DNA of 64,000 bases from the human T2T-CHM13v2.0 reference genome, Homo sapiens. The notes under the pieces were generated by a model, which made no database searches, was not told where the DNA came from, and worked only from the letters and a program-made list of their open reading frames with translations. Made by a program: the position numbers and the translations under genes. The stretch lies in assembly GCF_009914755.1 (NCBI RefSeq), contig NC_060931.1, one strand, 5' to 3'. Below, piece after piece: positions 1 through 13,547 of this stretch (positions within the stretch are counted from its first letter, which is position 1; each line of letters opens with the position of its first letter).

Positions 1-406
1 GCACTAGGAAGTGGCAACCAAGTTATAACAGTAGTACAGTATGTACTACTGTTAATGCAGTTATGATTTAATATTACACCTTTACATTTGCTTATACTAC
101 AAATGATGCCATATTTGGTCTGTAATTGTATGTGTGTAAGTTTTGATAAATTTTAACTTTTTATAATAAGTTTGTATACATTTTATAATAGTAAATGACA
201 AAAAAATCTACATATAGTTTATTCATTCATGACATATCTTTTTCATACCTACCTTTTTCTTAATTTTATTGATATTTCTAGGCTATATGGTTTATCTACA
301 AATTTTTTCAAATTGTTACAAATCTCAAAAAAAAATTCCAATATACTTATTCAAACAAATAAGCGGACCCGTGCAGTTCAAACTTTTGTTGTTAAAGGGC
401 CAATTG
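1..406. mobile_element. Tigger2-family DNA transposon, terminal fragment
   Basis: Ends AAGCGGACCCGTGCAGTTCAAACTTTTGTTGTTAAAGGGCCAATTG followed by TA, matching the Tigger2 terminus (...GGACCCGCGCAGTTCAAACCCGTGTTGTTCAAGGGTCAACTG) and TA target site. Confidence 0.75.
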
Positions 407-459
407 TATATCTACATCTCCTTTCATTTCTCTTTCTCTGGAAAACCCTGACTAATACA
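407..459 (+). mobile_element. MLT2 (ERVL) LTR 3' end, probably the host of the Tigger2 insertion
   Basis: TCTCTTTCTCTGGAAAACCCTGACTAATACA resembles the MLT2 terminus; compare the MLT2A end at 60200-60234. Confidence 0.6.
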
Positions 460-499
460 AATACTTAAATAGAAATGTTGATGAATTGCTGGAAAGTAA

Positions 500-1560
500 G
501 GGTGCACTAGAGCAAGTGTGAGAAACTCCTGGGGGCTGAAGTTCTCAGAAGAATTTATATACAGTAACTTCATCAGGTTCTCACATTGAAGAGCCAAGAA
601 AGATCCCTTCATGACTCTGGCAGTAGAGAGGAAGGGTAATCATTGTGAAATATGCACACAGACTTCTCCATCAGAAAATGCCTACTCTTCAGTAGGAAAG
701 GCTACACCAGAGCCTTGTCCCAAAGCCATGAGGGAAGTTTATTTTCTGACTCCGACCACCTCTACCCTTCTTGTTTCACCTACAGAGTAGAGAAAGCTGT
801 ACAAGAAGAAATAGTAGTACAGATCACAAGCCAGAAACACAGATCCATTAAAAGACTGAGATTTTATCATAAGATTATACACTCTCCCCCTCACTTCATA
901 TTTGCTACTAAAAAGTGAGTAGTGGGGGATCAGTCCTTGATGGTTTCACAAGCAAATTTTACCAAAACATTTAAGAGAGAAATGATATCAGTTCTCCACA
1001 ATCTCTTTCAGAAAACAGAAGCAAAGATGACCCTTCCTATCTCATTCTGTGAAGCCAGCAATACCCTAATATCCAAACCAAATAAAAACATTACATAAAG
1101 AAAAACTCTGTAGACAATTCTGTCTCTTGAAAATAGATGTAAAAATTATTAACAAATTTTAGCAAATTGATTCCAACATTGTGTAAAAACATACATATAC
1201 ACATAATCAAGTAGAATTTATTCTATGTCTTCAGGGCTTCTTCAATATTTGAAAATAGATCAATGCACTCACCACATCAATACCAAACAAAAGAAACATC
1301 ATACGATCATGTGTTTTGATGCAGAAAAAGCATTTGATAAAGTTTAACACTCGTTTAAGATAATTCTTAATCTCAAGGAACATAGAGGAAACATGTTCAA
1401 ATGGATAAAGAATGACAACAAAAACTTACAGCTAATTGTGAAAAACTGGATGATTTTCCCCTAAAATCAGAATAAGGCAAAGATGTCCCCTCTCACCACT
1501 CCTATTCAACATTGTACTAAAAGTTCTAGCCAATACAATAAGAAACAAAGGAATTTAAAA
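500..1560 (+). mobile_element. Old L1M fragments (5' region plus ORF2 RT-domain remnant)
   Basis: 940-1560 follows L1 ORF2 RT DNA (GAAGCCAGCAATACCC, GATGCAGAAAAAGCATTTGATAA, CTCTCACCACTCCTATTCAACAT); 500-900 resembles the L1M 5' segment at ~46490-46800. Confidence 0.65.
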
Positions 1561-1589
1561 AAAGGGAAGAAAAAAAAATAAGCCATGAA

Positions 1590-2655
1590 AAGACATAGAT
1601 GAAAAGGCTATATATAATTCTAATTAATAAACTTCTGTTAAATTGAAAGTCTACAGAGATGTAAAAAATCAGTGGTTGCTAGAGCTCAAGGGAAGGAAAG
1701 GAGGTTTTAGTAGGTGGAACATAGAGGATTATTTTAGGACAATGAAATTTTTCTGTATGATACTGTAATAGTATATACCTGATACCACCCATTTGTCAAA
1801 ATCCATAGAGCATCACAGAACAAAGATTAAATCTTAATGAATGCAATTTTTTCCTGAGAATTATTAAAGAGGTCCAGAGATCTCAGACAGAATGCAGAAT
1901 TTGACAAAAGAATCTAAATATATTACAACTATATGAAACCTCCTCAAAAAAAGTTTAGGGTATTAGGGTGCAGATTTAAGTTACCTTGGAAATAAGTATA
2001 GCTTGCAACACTATAGACAAAAGCATTTTTACGTAAACACTCTACTTTAATTGATAACATTGTTTCCCTTTCAGATAAGGTTTAATAATTGTAGAACCAC
2101 TATGCACGTATACCAGAATTAAGCAATGAAGCAAATGGTTGTCAGAGGGCATGAGTCAGGTTTCTTACTGTTGGAGTGGGAATTTATAGATAAACAAGAA
2201 GAGGACACCAGGAAGAACCATGTGGTAATGGATTAGAGTTGGAGACATAAGTATGGACTTATGTGTAGTTCGATATAGACACAAAGACAGATGGTTACAT
2301 CTAGAAATAATTATTGATATGTGCATATCTGTGGGTTAGCATATATACATATATTTAATATAGACATCTGAAATGTCAGCTGAAAGGACCTAGACGCAAT
2401 GATACCCAGTAGCAATAAGCATACCTAGTGTTCAGATCTTGCTTTCTATTACTCTTATCCAACAAAGAAACCAGGATGCATGGTAGAAATAGCTGGCAGT
2501 AGAGCTAGAGCACAAAATTATACTAGATGAGCCTGGAGAATGTTGTAGTGCCAGAAAGGGCAACATGCACAAAAAGCGCCACAAATGGGTAAAGAATGAC
2601 AACAAAACCCAGAGGATATGTTGAAGGGATACAGGAGTCAACTGAAGGAGCTATC
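1590..2655 (+). mobile_element. L1MC3-like 3' UTR
   Basis: Blocks CCATGTGGTAATGGATTAGAGTTGGAGACAT, GATACCCAGTAGCAATAAGCATACCTAG and GATGAGCCTGGAGAATGTTGTAGTGCCAGAAAG match the L1MC3 3' end as recalled. Confidence 0.75.
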
Positions 2656-2714
2656 AGTATATTTCAACAAAATAAGTAGAAATCAGCAAAGGCATGATAT
2701 GTGGAATATCTTCA

Positions 2715-5305
2715 GACCAATCAATATCATACACGATATTAACAGGATAAAAGGAAAACCATATGATTACCACGTGACTAAATTCATTATCATTTATGAA
2801 AATAATTTTCAGCAATATGGGAATAAAAGAACATATTCAACCTGATTATGGACATCTGTAAATTACCTACATATCACATTATGCTTAATAGTAGAAGTCC
2901 TAACATTGAAAATAAGACAAGGATGCCCATTCTTGCCACTTCTATTCAATATCACATTGAAGATCCTTATCATTGCAATAAGGCAAAAAATAAAAATAAA
3001 TAAAAGGGAAGAAAATAACTTCAGTGGTACTCAACAACATACAAATTAATTAAATTTAAATAGGCCGTAGACATAAATGTACATGCTGAACCATAAAACT
3101 TCTAGAAGAAAAAAAACTTATAAACTAAAACTGTCTTTTTTCCACAACGAGACCATACATAAAAAATGTTAGGGAATCTACAATAACAATACTAGAATTA
3201 GTAAATGAGTTAAGCAGACTGAAGTATAAAAAGGCAATATGTAAAAATAAATTGTGTTCCTATGTAGTAGCAATTAATTATTGAAAATTGAACTAAATTT
3301 TCAATAATTATGTAATTTACAAAAAGAAACAAAAAGCATGAAATATTTAGAATACACTTAGGAACATTGGTACAGTATCTACAAAGACACCTGTAAATCA
3401 TTGCTGGTCAAAAGTGAAGTCCTAAATTAATAGAAATACATACTATGTTCGTTGACTGAACACTCAGTTCGTCAGTTTCCACTGACGAACTATTTCTGCA
3501 ACTTATATGAGAGGAAATTGATCTATAAGAGTCAAAAGACATTTTTAAACAATAAAGTTGAAAAACTTACAGTACCTTATGCCATAATTTTATATAAAGC
3601 TATAACAATCAATACAGTGTAGTGTTTACATATAGATATATAGATTAGTGCAACAAAATAAAGAAATCACAGAAAGACCCACACATACATCATCAATTCA
3701 TTTTTAACAGAGGTGCCATGATAATTATATGGGGGAATAATATTATTTTCAAGTAATGGTGCTGGAACAAGTGAATATCTACTTGAAAATGAATTGTGAA
3801 ATGATGCCACAACCTACCCATAAGTTAACTTGAGATAGGCCATAGATTTAACCTTGAAAGCTAAAAATATAAAACTTGTAAAAAATAGGAGTAAATCTTG
3901 CAATCTTGGTGTAGGCAAAGATTTATTAAAAAGATTCAAAAACCTTTTAAGATAAAAATATTTTTATAAATTAGACTTCATAAAAATTAAAAACTGCCTT
4001 TTTTAGAGAATCCATTAAGTGATTGAAAGAGCAAGACACACACTGAGGGAAAATATTTGAAATGTATAAACCTGAGAAAGGACTTGAGTTTAGAATACTT
4101 CAAACATTCTTACAACTCAGTAATAAAGCAAACTACTCAATCAAAAATTGGACAAAAAATACAGAGATGTCACAAAAGGAAATATATGAATGGCAAATAA
4201 CCACATCAGATGGTGTTCACTATTTTTATCATCAGGGAAATGTAAATTAAAATCAATAAGTTAACACTACACAATGATTAGAAATGGCTAAAAGTAAAAA
4301 GGCTGATAATATCAAGCTTTGGTGAGACTGGAGCATATGAAATTGTCATACACTGCTGATGGTAACGTAATGATAAAACTACTGTGGAAAGCAGTTTGGC
4401 AATTTCTTAAAAAGTTTAACATATACTTACCATATAAACAAATAATTCCACTTCTAGGTTTGTACATGAATGTTTATAGATTTATTCATAATAGCCTCAA
4501 ACTGGAGAAAATCCACATGTTCATCAGTAGCTGAGTGCCTGATAGGGTTTGGCTCTGTGTCCCCACCAAAATCTCATTTTGAATTGTAATCCCCAGTGTT
4601 GGGGGTGGGATGTGATGGGAGGTGATTAGATTTTCTTCTAGCTATTCTCATGATAGTGAGTGAGTTCTCACAAGATCTGGTTGTTTGAAAGTGTGTTCTC
4701 CCTTCACTCTCTCTGTTTCCTGCTGCCATGTGAAGATCTGCTTGCTTCCCCTTTGCCTTCTGCCATGATTGTAAGTTTCCTGAGGCCTCCTACATCATGC
4801 CTCCTGTATAGCCTGCAGAACTGTGAGTCAATTAAACCTCTTTTCTTTACAAACTATCTGGTCTTAGATAGTTCTTTATATCAATGCAGAACTGACTAAT
4901 ATAGTGCCTAAGTAAATTCTGATACATTAATACATTTGGATACTGCTAAGTATTAAAAGGGAACAAATTATATGTACGTACATGTATTCTTGTCAAAAAT
5001 ACTATACCAGGTAAAAGAAACAAGACATGAAACAATTAATACTATAAGATGTCATTCCTATGAAATTATAGGAAAGCCAAGTCTAATCTACAGTACCAGA
5101 AAGCAGATCCATGCATGTTTTAAACTAGGGTTTGGAAGGAGCATAAAGGGGACATTTTGGAGTAATGGAAATGTGGTATGTATTGTGATTTGGCAATGAT
5201 CACTTGTGTAAATATGTCGAAACTTATCAAACAGTACAGTTAAAATGGGTTCATTTTATTGTATGTAAATATAAAATATCACTCATCTTTAATAAAATTG
5301 ATTTA
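2715..5305 (+). mobile_element. L1ME-type ORF2 3' half plus 3' UTR, interrupted by MSTA
   Basis: Degenerate ORF2 motifs (ACAAGGATGCCCATTCTTGCCACTTCTATTCAAT, TGGTGCTGGAACAAGTGAATATC, GGAAAGCAGTTTGGCAATTTC) and an L1ME-like 3' tail near 5270. Confidence 0.7.
4540..4903 (+). mobile_element. MSTA solo LTR (ERVL-MaLR)
   Basis: TGATAGGGTTTGGCTCTGTGTCCCCACC...GACTAATATA, flanked by 5-bp TSD GTGCC (4535-4539 and 4904-4908). Confidence 0.9.
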
Positions 5306-5387
5306 AAGAAGTCAAGGATAGCAAGCTTTCAATAAGGCACTTATTCCTTGATGACAATGTTGTGGGTTTTTAAAATATAATTGACAG

Positions 5388-5549
5388 CTCACACCCCATC
5401 AACTACTGCTATTAAACTGTATAATACAGCTCAGCTATCCACAAGAAACAAATAAAAACAAAAAAAACTCACACCCCATCAACTACTGCTATTAAACTGT
5501 ATAATACAGCTCAGCTATCCACAAGAAACAAATAAAAACAAAAAAAACT
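5388..5549. repeat. Perfect 80-bp tandem duplication
   Basis: 5388-5467 is identical to 5468-5547, with CT microhomology at the junctions. Confidence 0.97.
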
Positions 5550-5733
5550 ATCAACGAATTATAATGCTGCCTGGAAAACATGAGAAAATGCACTCATCAA
5601 TCCTACTTCATACTCCCCATCCAGTCCCACACATAAACAAACAACTGCTTAGCTATCTAGTTAAAGTCTCTTAGGGGCCTAACAATGTGTCAAATGTCAC
5701 ATGCTTTTACCTGGGACATCAAAGCATTTATAA

Positions 5734-5932
5734 CAGTGATCAACAAATTATAGTCCATGGGCCAATACAGACTATTGACTGTTTTTGTAGATAAAGTTTT
5801 ATTGGAACACAACTACATCAATTTTGTTACATATTATCCATCTTTAGTTTTGCAATGAAAGGAAGTGCAAGGTCCTCAAAGCTGAAAATATTTTCTATCT
5901 GGAAATTAACAAAAAGAGCTTGCCCATCTCTA
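5734..5932 (+). mobile_element. MER58A-like hAT-Charlie element
   Basis: Core GTTTTTGTAGATAAAGTTTTATTGGAACACA; degenerate 8-bp TSD ATTTATAA/TTCTATAA. Confidence 0.75.
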
Positions 5933-5999
5933 TTCTATAAAGAACTTGAAGGCATGATTAGGGTACATAGATAATAATTCTCAAACAATGTAGGCAGGA

Positions 6000-6155
6000 C
6001 ATTAATGTGTATAAAGTGCCAGTTATGTGCTAGGCATTGCGTTTGGCATTTTCACAAAATCATAACGTTTAAATGAAGTATTTTAAATACCGTTCGACGT
6101 AATTAAAGTGGTACAGAGTGCGTATTTCTAGTAAATACTTATGTTGGGATTTGAA
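6000..6155 (-). mobile_element. MIR fragment
   Basis: AGTGCCAGTTATGTGCTAGGCATTG resembles the reverse complement of the MIR 3' end. Confidence 0.45.
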
Positions 6156-6764
6156 ATAACTTCCCTCAACAAATAATGAACAGTTTGCCAAAAGCAGAGT
6201 CTAAGCAAGGGCAAAGAAAGAGGAGGCTTTGGAGACTAGAATGATGTTATTCTGAGCAACTTTCTAGGGCAGCTCCGTGAAGTTGAAAGAACACTATCTT
6301 CCAGAGATAGGAAAATCTTTATGTCTCAGTGGAGAGTCTCAACTGTTGTGGTCTTCGGGGTGCTAATGTTACATTTGGTTTGTCAACAGCAGATAATGAA
6401 TTGGCATTGGAGCAGGTCAACAAGGGACCGCAGATCATCAGATAGGTGGGAAAAAAGGAGGTGGTAACAAAACATGTTTGTTTTTCTTATAATAACATGA
6501 TATAATTCATCCCAAATACTGGGAACAAAGGAGGTAATCAGATTGGGTCATTGAAGACAGCAGGCCAAGGAAACTGTTAGCCTCTCTCCTTTCTCCACCC
6601 TTACCAAAAATATCTGATTCCTTCTTGATTCTGCTTTGTTCTTTAATTGCCACATCAAGTCACTTAGTAGATACTGACTTTTCTACTGCTAAATTTCTTC
6701 TTCGTATTACTCTTGCCTTTTCCTGTCTTCATAATTTCCTACCTATGTGGATGCATTTTTAAAT

Positions 6765-7050
6765 TTATTCATTCAATATTTATTAACCACCTACCTCTTG
6801 CTAGAACCCATGCTCATCATGGGAGAAACACCCTGGTAAAAAAGGGAGACCATCTCTTCCCCATGTTTATGTGTTGTGGTTAGTAATGTCAAGTGTTTAA
6901 GCGACGGTGAGTACAATGGCAAGGAAGAGCCAAGTTTTAGAAGGCCCCAAAAGAGAAATTTATTCTTAACTTAGGATACTGGACTTCCTGAAAGAAGAGT
7001 TTTAAACTAAAATCAATAGAGTGAGAATGAGTTAGCCAGAGCAAATGAAA
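6765..7050 (-). mobile_element. L2 3' end fragment
   Basis: TTATTCATTCAATATTTATTAACCACCTAC is the reverse complement of the L2 tail. Confidence 0.55.
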
Positions 7051-8734
7051 ATACTTGGATGTAAAAACATAAAAAAGACCAACGAACTGAAAATTCTTTT
7101 ATAATATATGTCAGAATGAAACACTTAAAAACGAAGCACTTATAAGAAAAAGATGATAATCTTTTTACTAAGAATGTGTGTGATTTTATTTATATGACAT
7201 ACATGTATATGTATATATACACATATATGATTATAGCCATTTACTTCTTTAGAAATACATTTATTTAGAACATATAGTTCTAAATATGCAGAAAGATTTA
7301 TAAACTATAGATACAAAATATTATATACATATGTATTTCTCAAGAATCAGACAACCATCTGCTCTTTAATGTAGCTGTGATATTTCCTTATATCTAGAAA
7401 TAATGCAAATTATCCCCTTTCAGGGACAATTCAGAACCTTATGGAAAATAAACAGGGTAACTATGACAGAGTCCTTCCTGTGTTTGCTGACGAGTAAGAG
7501 AGCAGCACCATATGCTTTCATGTACATTACCCCAGGAGGGCAGTGCCATATGTTGACACGTATGTCACCTGTCTTGGTCTTTTGTATAAGGCAGTGTCCC
7601 AAGGGGTATGCCAAATAGGGAAAGAGAAGGCAGCCACATGAGTATGAGGATGTGGCATGTTTCCCTTGTTGACAGATTTTGCTAGACCATCACTTCAGTT
7701 GGCAAGCACCCAGAACAGCTGCTTTACCCTGGAGCAAAGTTCTTTGTGATCCCACAAACTCTCCCCAGTGAGTGAGACAGTGGAGGGAAGGTGTTGTGCC
7801 CTTTGGGAGTGGACTTTTCCTCCTACTGTGAGATGTGAAAAAGGGAGTAATTACCATGAAAGACTTTTCACGGATTTTGTACTAACTCTCACCTTTGCCA
7901 GTAAGTTCCGAGAAAATGGGTGAGCATCTATTTATACATAATTGAAATCCTTCATATTAAAAGCAGAGAGACCAATATAATAATGTAAAAGACTTTGTTG
8001 ATCAAAATTTGCTTCATTATGATTTAGTGATTTCATTCACATGTTATTTAAAGATCAGTGTTGATTTCTCACCTCTTAGGTATCTTTCAAGGCTGTACAT
8101 ACATAATACTTCAGGCCATAATTCCATTCTATCATCTCAGAAGTGGCAAAATGAGAAAAAAGTTTTCACAAACTCATTCACAAAGTAATTCAAATATATT
8201 TAAAGTAATAAAATACTATCTATGTTTATATTTACAAATCCATGTGCATGTTGAAAATAAATCCAGTTTGTACCGTTGCGGTTAAATGTCATTATTTAAC
8301 GCCATTTTTCAATGCTTTCCTTTGCGTTCCTGCTTCTATTAAAGATATATAAGATAAACTAGTAAAACAGTTAGTAGCTGTGTTCAACAACTGAATTTCA
8401 GTTTTGTCTCACGAGAGAGGTTTGAGTCTCAAAAGATTTTTCTCTTTGCTATTTTTAGACAAAAATAATTTGAGATAAAAGTTTGGAAGAATTATTGAAA
8501 AATTCTGAGGTAATTTATCAGGGTTTTTACCAGAAAAATAGGCAATATTACTCCGTCTTTTACAGATATAAGATAAAATTTTCAGGAAGGTATTACAATG
8601 ATCCCATGTAGCTAGTAAGTAGGCAGTACCAAGATACAAAAGCCGTTCCATTTGACTCCAAAACTGAGATATACTTTCCCCACACACTGTGTTGAGTGCT
8701 AGGTTAATGAATCAATGTTTATCCATTTGATTTT

Positions 8735-9093
8735 CTAGAGAGATAAATGGACAGTTCTGAGATGTGTTTCAGAAGGGTCCTCAGAAGATCCTGAGGTAGT
8801 GAGTCCTAGCCATTCATAACCATGGCCACCTTAATCAATGTTTGTATTGGTTTTTTTCCACCTTCCCCTTTCACACCCAATGTCCTTCACTCCTGTTTCC
8901 TATGATCACTTGTCCAATAAAATACCTGCAAGCAAGTCTTAGTCTCTCACTTTGCTGCCTTAAATGCCCCTTCTCCCCTTTCTGTCACCCCATTTTCCTT
9001 CCAGTGCCTCCCAAATTATTGCCCATCAAATCAACTACTTGCACTTCAACTGTTATCTCAGAGTCTGTTTCTGGGGAAACCCTAAATAAAATA
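8735..9093 (+). mobile_element. LTR16-like ERVL LTR remnants (two successive 3' ends)
   Basis: GGACAGTTCTGAGATGTGTT...CAATAAAATACCTGCA, then a second terminal block CAACTACTTGCACTTC...TCTCAGAGTCTGTTTCTGGGGAAACCC. Confidence 0.55.
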
Positions 9094-10514
9094 CTTATTC
9101 TTTTTTTTTTTTTTTTAAAGAAGCAGCCTTTCTTCCATTTCTTTCTTCCTCCTCCAATCTTCCTGGCCCACTTATCCCACTCCTATTTTTCTTGACACCC
9201 TTTCACTTCTTAATAGACACTCTGGGTTCTCACGGTCTCTCTACATTCCCTTTCTGTCAGAACCTTCACTCATAAAGGACAGAATAATGTGATTTACTCT
9301 AGAGAGTAAATTACTAATAACAATTTGGATTTTGTGCTTTTCTGGGGTATTTGCACTTTAGCACAGGGCCTAGACTGTACACAATGTCATAAAATTTCCA
9401 TAAAATTTTAGTTATTTTTAATACTGGATATAGAAGTGTTTAAATTTTGGTAATGAAACTAGGAGCTTGTCTAGTAAATGGTTATCTAGTCTGCCTTCTT
9501 GAAAAATTTATGAGGTAATAGAAAATATTAATTTATATCCAAACAGCTTTCATCAACACACATATACATATACTATTATTTTGAGCACTCAAAAAATTCA
9601 GGAACTAAAAATTTTATAAACTACATTTTTTTCTTACGGTTCTAGTACCATAGTTTCACAGCTAATGTGGAAAGTTTTGTTCTGAGTGGTTGTAATTTCT
9701 GTTAGGTAAAGTGAGTTCCTTTGTGGCACATGCCCAAACCACGTACCATAATATCATTTAAAAAATGATATTAATGACAAGTGCTGAGTGCAACTCACTC
9801 AGGTGGACAAAAAAACAGATTTTTTAATATACTCAATATGATTAAATAGCCATAAAAAGATTATTGCAATTCACATGAGAAAACTCAGATGGCCAATGTG
9901 ATACCACAGTTTGTACAGTGTGTCACAGCTCAAATACTGAGCAGTAAACATGGCATCAGCTTCACTGTTGGCAAGAGTATGAGAACAGGGAAGAAGCTGT
10001 TAGATCACACAGCCTGCGATGTTTCCCCACTGAAGTCTGAATTGCTCAGATATCACTGTGCCAGAGTAAACAGGAAATCACTCCAGACACATACCATCAG
10101 AGCATTTGGTTCCTAAAATGCCTAGTGAAGTTTAGTAAATAAAAACAATGCTTGATAGGTTACAACCATTGAAAGTCAAAAGGTTATAACAATCACTCTC
10201 TCATTTCTATCTAGTCTTTCAATAAATTAAATGGAAATCAATTTTCAAAGTTAGAATTTGCTCTGAGAGTTCAAAGAGATATATGATACAGATGTTTAGA
10301 AACCAACTACAAAAGAGGAAAAGGAAATTTAAAGTAACTTGAAGATTAATAGGTTCAAATCCTTAATGTAATTTACTGTGGCAAATTAAGTTTTTATAAA
10401 ATTAAACACACACGTGGCAAAATTGAGAACATCTTCTATATCCTCACTTTGACTCTGACAAAGAACAGAAATGCTAGGGGGTCAAAATTTCTTCTGAATT
10501 TTTGTTCCAGCCCT

Positions 10515-10623
10515 CCTGTCTGTCTCTCTTTGTTTCTCCTTTCTTTCTCTTTCTTTGTTTCTTTTTTCTCTTTCTTTCCTTCCTTCTTTTTTTCTGTCTC
10601 TCTTTCTTCTTTTCTTTCTTTTT
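10515..10623. repeat. CT-rich low-complexity tract
   Basis: ~110 bp almost entirely C/T. Confidence 0.9.
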
Positions 10624-10674
10624 ACAAATTCTCAGTTGTTTCCCTCTGACTCTCAAGACAAAAACCAACTAACC

Positions 10675-10743
10675 GATGCTGTAATAGGAGGATCATTTGA
10701 GTCTAAGAGTTTAAGACCACATCTCTAATAATAATAATAATAA
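10675..10743 (+). mobile_element. Alu monomer (FLAM/FRAM-like) fragment with (AAT)n tail
   Basis: GGAGGATCATTTGAGTCTAAGAGTTTAAGACCA...ATCTCTAATAATAATAATAATAA. Confidence 0.55.
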
Positions 10744-11893
10744 CCAATACACAAGGAAAGGATAAAAGTAAACACTTGAAATTCCACCAACTTGGAATCC
10801 CACTCCCCAGAATTTATTAACATAATATGTGAGTGGTCAAACATCTAGAACACTTACTATGTATACATAAATGGTTCTACATATATTTCTACAGGTATAG
10901 AATATCTAATATTCTATAACTTTTTGCATTCAGCAATAACATACCCTGGACATTTTTCTATGATATAGGATCAATTTCCATTCTACTTTAGTTTAATTGG
11001 TCTACTTATTCAGTTTCTATTTTCATACTGTTTTATTTCCTTTAGCTTTATGCATTATTTTTAATATATCCAGAAAAACAAGCTGCTTCTCATTATTTAC
11101 TTCTGTTTTGAACAATTTTAATAAGCATCACTCTTTTGATATAATTAAAAACAATGTGATCACTAGCTTAAAATAATTTGAATGGCTAATATAACTATCT
11201 GCAGTTTATGGGTCCTTATATAGTAAGTACTTCTTAAAAATAAATTCTTCTTGATAAAAGGGGGATGATAAAAATGATATAATTTATATTATTTTATACT
11301 ATCATTTAGATTTACCAAAGTTTCTGATTTTAAACAAGTAAACCATTGATTATCATTTCTTTGAGAGATGAATAAAGAAGTTATTTTTGCCCAAATTATT
11401 GACAATAATATGATTTTGTCATGTAAATGCATTTTTTAGAATTCCTTTTCCAACCTTTTCTCTAAAAATGGTAGCACATTGGAAATTAATCAATGAGGGA
11501 TATCTACATTTCTTCAAACTGTATTATAATGTGCAACCAGATTAAGCTATCTCTAGAATGGGTATAGGAGTTTTAGTGCAACTCAACTAATGGGGAGTGG
11601 AGTGGGGGAATGCGTAGTTTGCCCAACAAAATCTTATGTAAAAGAGATCACTTTTGCAGAATATCTCATATGCTTCTTGAGATAACTTTAAAGATGGAAA
11701 TTTCAAAATTAATGTTAATGATATGTTCAAAAAAAGAAAGCTAAAGTCTTCATTCCTACAAAAAAAAAAATAGTTTCAGAGCGATGACTCCATTTACCCA
11801 ACTCAAGAGACAAATATGAGTCCAAATTCTTGTGAGTAAATTAGACAAAGAAGCAAAACAGCAATGTTTGGTGTTAAAAATTAGGTCAGAAAA

Positions 11894-12231
<338 letters not shown>

Positions 12232-12569
12232 TTAATTTTAAGAAAAGAAGCCAGAAAGGTATTTTCATAAATGTTTGGAGCAATTACTATACCATCAGAA
12301 TAAATATCTTGCCTCCTAGGGAGACTTCCTACATTGAGCATGTCTATTCTAATAACTAAATCGCAGATTTATTTTATTTAAAAAAAGTAGTCTCATTTTT
12401 TACATTCATTTTTTACAATAAATCCTCACAGCTTTCTATAATGTTACAATTACTAAAACATTGCCACATCCTGGTTAACTAGTCATAAACATCTATATTT
12501 CCACTTAGGGAAAGTGAAAACAAAACAATCATCACTCGTAAATATTTACAAAATGGTGTATAGGAATAG

Positions 12570-13030
12570 TTGTTTTGGTGATATCAAAATCCCAGTTGAG
12601 GAGCTAAAGAGGGAATTCATTAATTGAGTAACATAATATCTCCCGAAACTCAAGTTCAGGAATGCAATTTATCCTCAAGACATGTTTGGAACCAAAAGCT
12701 CAGGAACTCCAGAATGCTTGATCTCCCAGCCCTGTTCTTCTCTGTGTGTGTCCTTTAACTCTCTGCAGGTGAGTTTCCTCTACTATCCCACCACACCCGT
12801 GAGAAAACGTGGCTACCATGAGTACCTGGATTCACTTGCGACCATTTCTTCTCTCTGTAGAGAACTTCATCTTTCATCTGTCTCAGCCATCGTCTTAAAG
12901 AAAAATGCTGATTAGTCCAGTCTGGGTTACATGTCCTCCCACTCCCTGGGACCGACTCATCCATGGTAGCCAGGGGAAACTGTGCCAAGGAAGAAAAAAG
13001 GAGGCCAAGAATTGACCACTTTAAAAAAGG
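12570..13030 (-). mobile_element. Old MLT1 (J/K/L-like) LTR
   Basis: CTGATTAGTCCAGTCTGGGTTACATGTCC and CCATGGTAGCCAGGGG blocks are typical of reverse-strand old MLT1. Confidence 0.5.
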
Positions 13031-13137
13031 CAGGTTGTTTTTAGAGAAAAAGTGATGGGCAATTAGATTACTGTCCAAGACAGTTATCTACTTTATTCTT
13101 GGCCTTAAATGTGTTACAGGAGGAAATAAAGAGTAGC

Positions 13138-13547
<410 letters not shown>

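Noticed and set aside
5388-5549. CRISPR-like array interpretation of the direct repeats
   Set aside because: Only two abutting copies, no spacers, no cas genes, and the DNA is primate.
7676-7767. Plus-strand exon candidate (TTCCCTTGTTGACAG|...CCA|GTGAGT)
   Set aside because: Moderate splice signals, unrecognised peptide and no partner exons; pseudo-exons of this quality are common.
9889-10116. 75-aa ORF or possible minus-strand exon in unique DNA
   Set aside because: No recognisable homology; the minus-strand reading has early stops in all frames and a weak acceptor.
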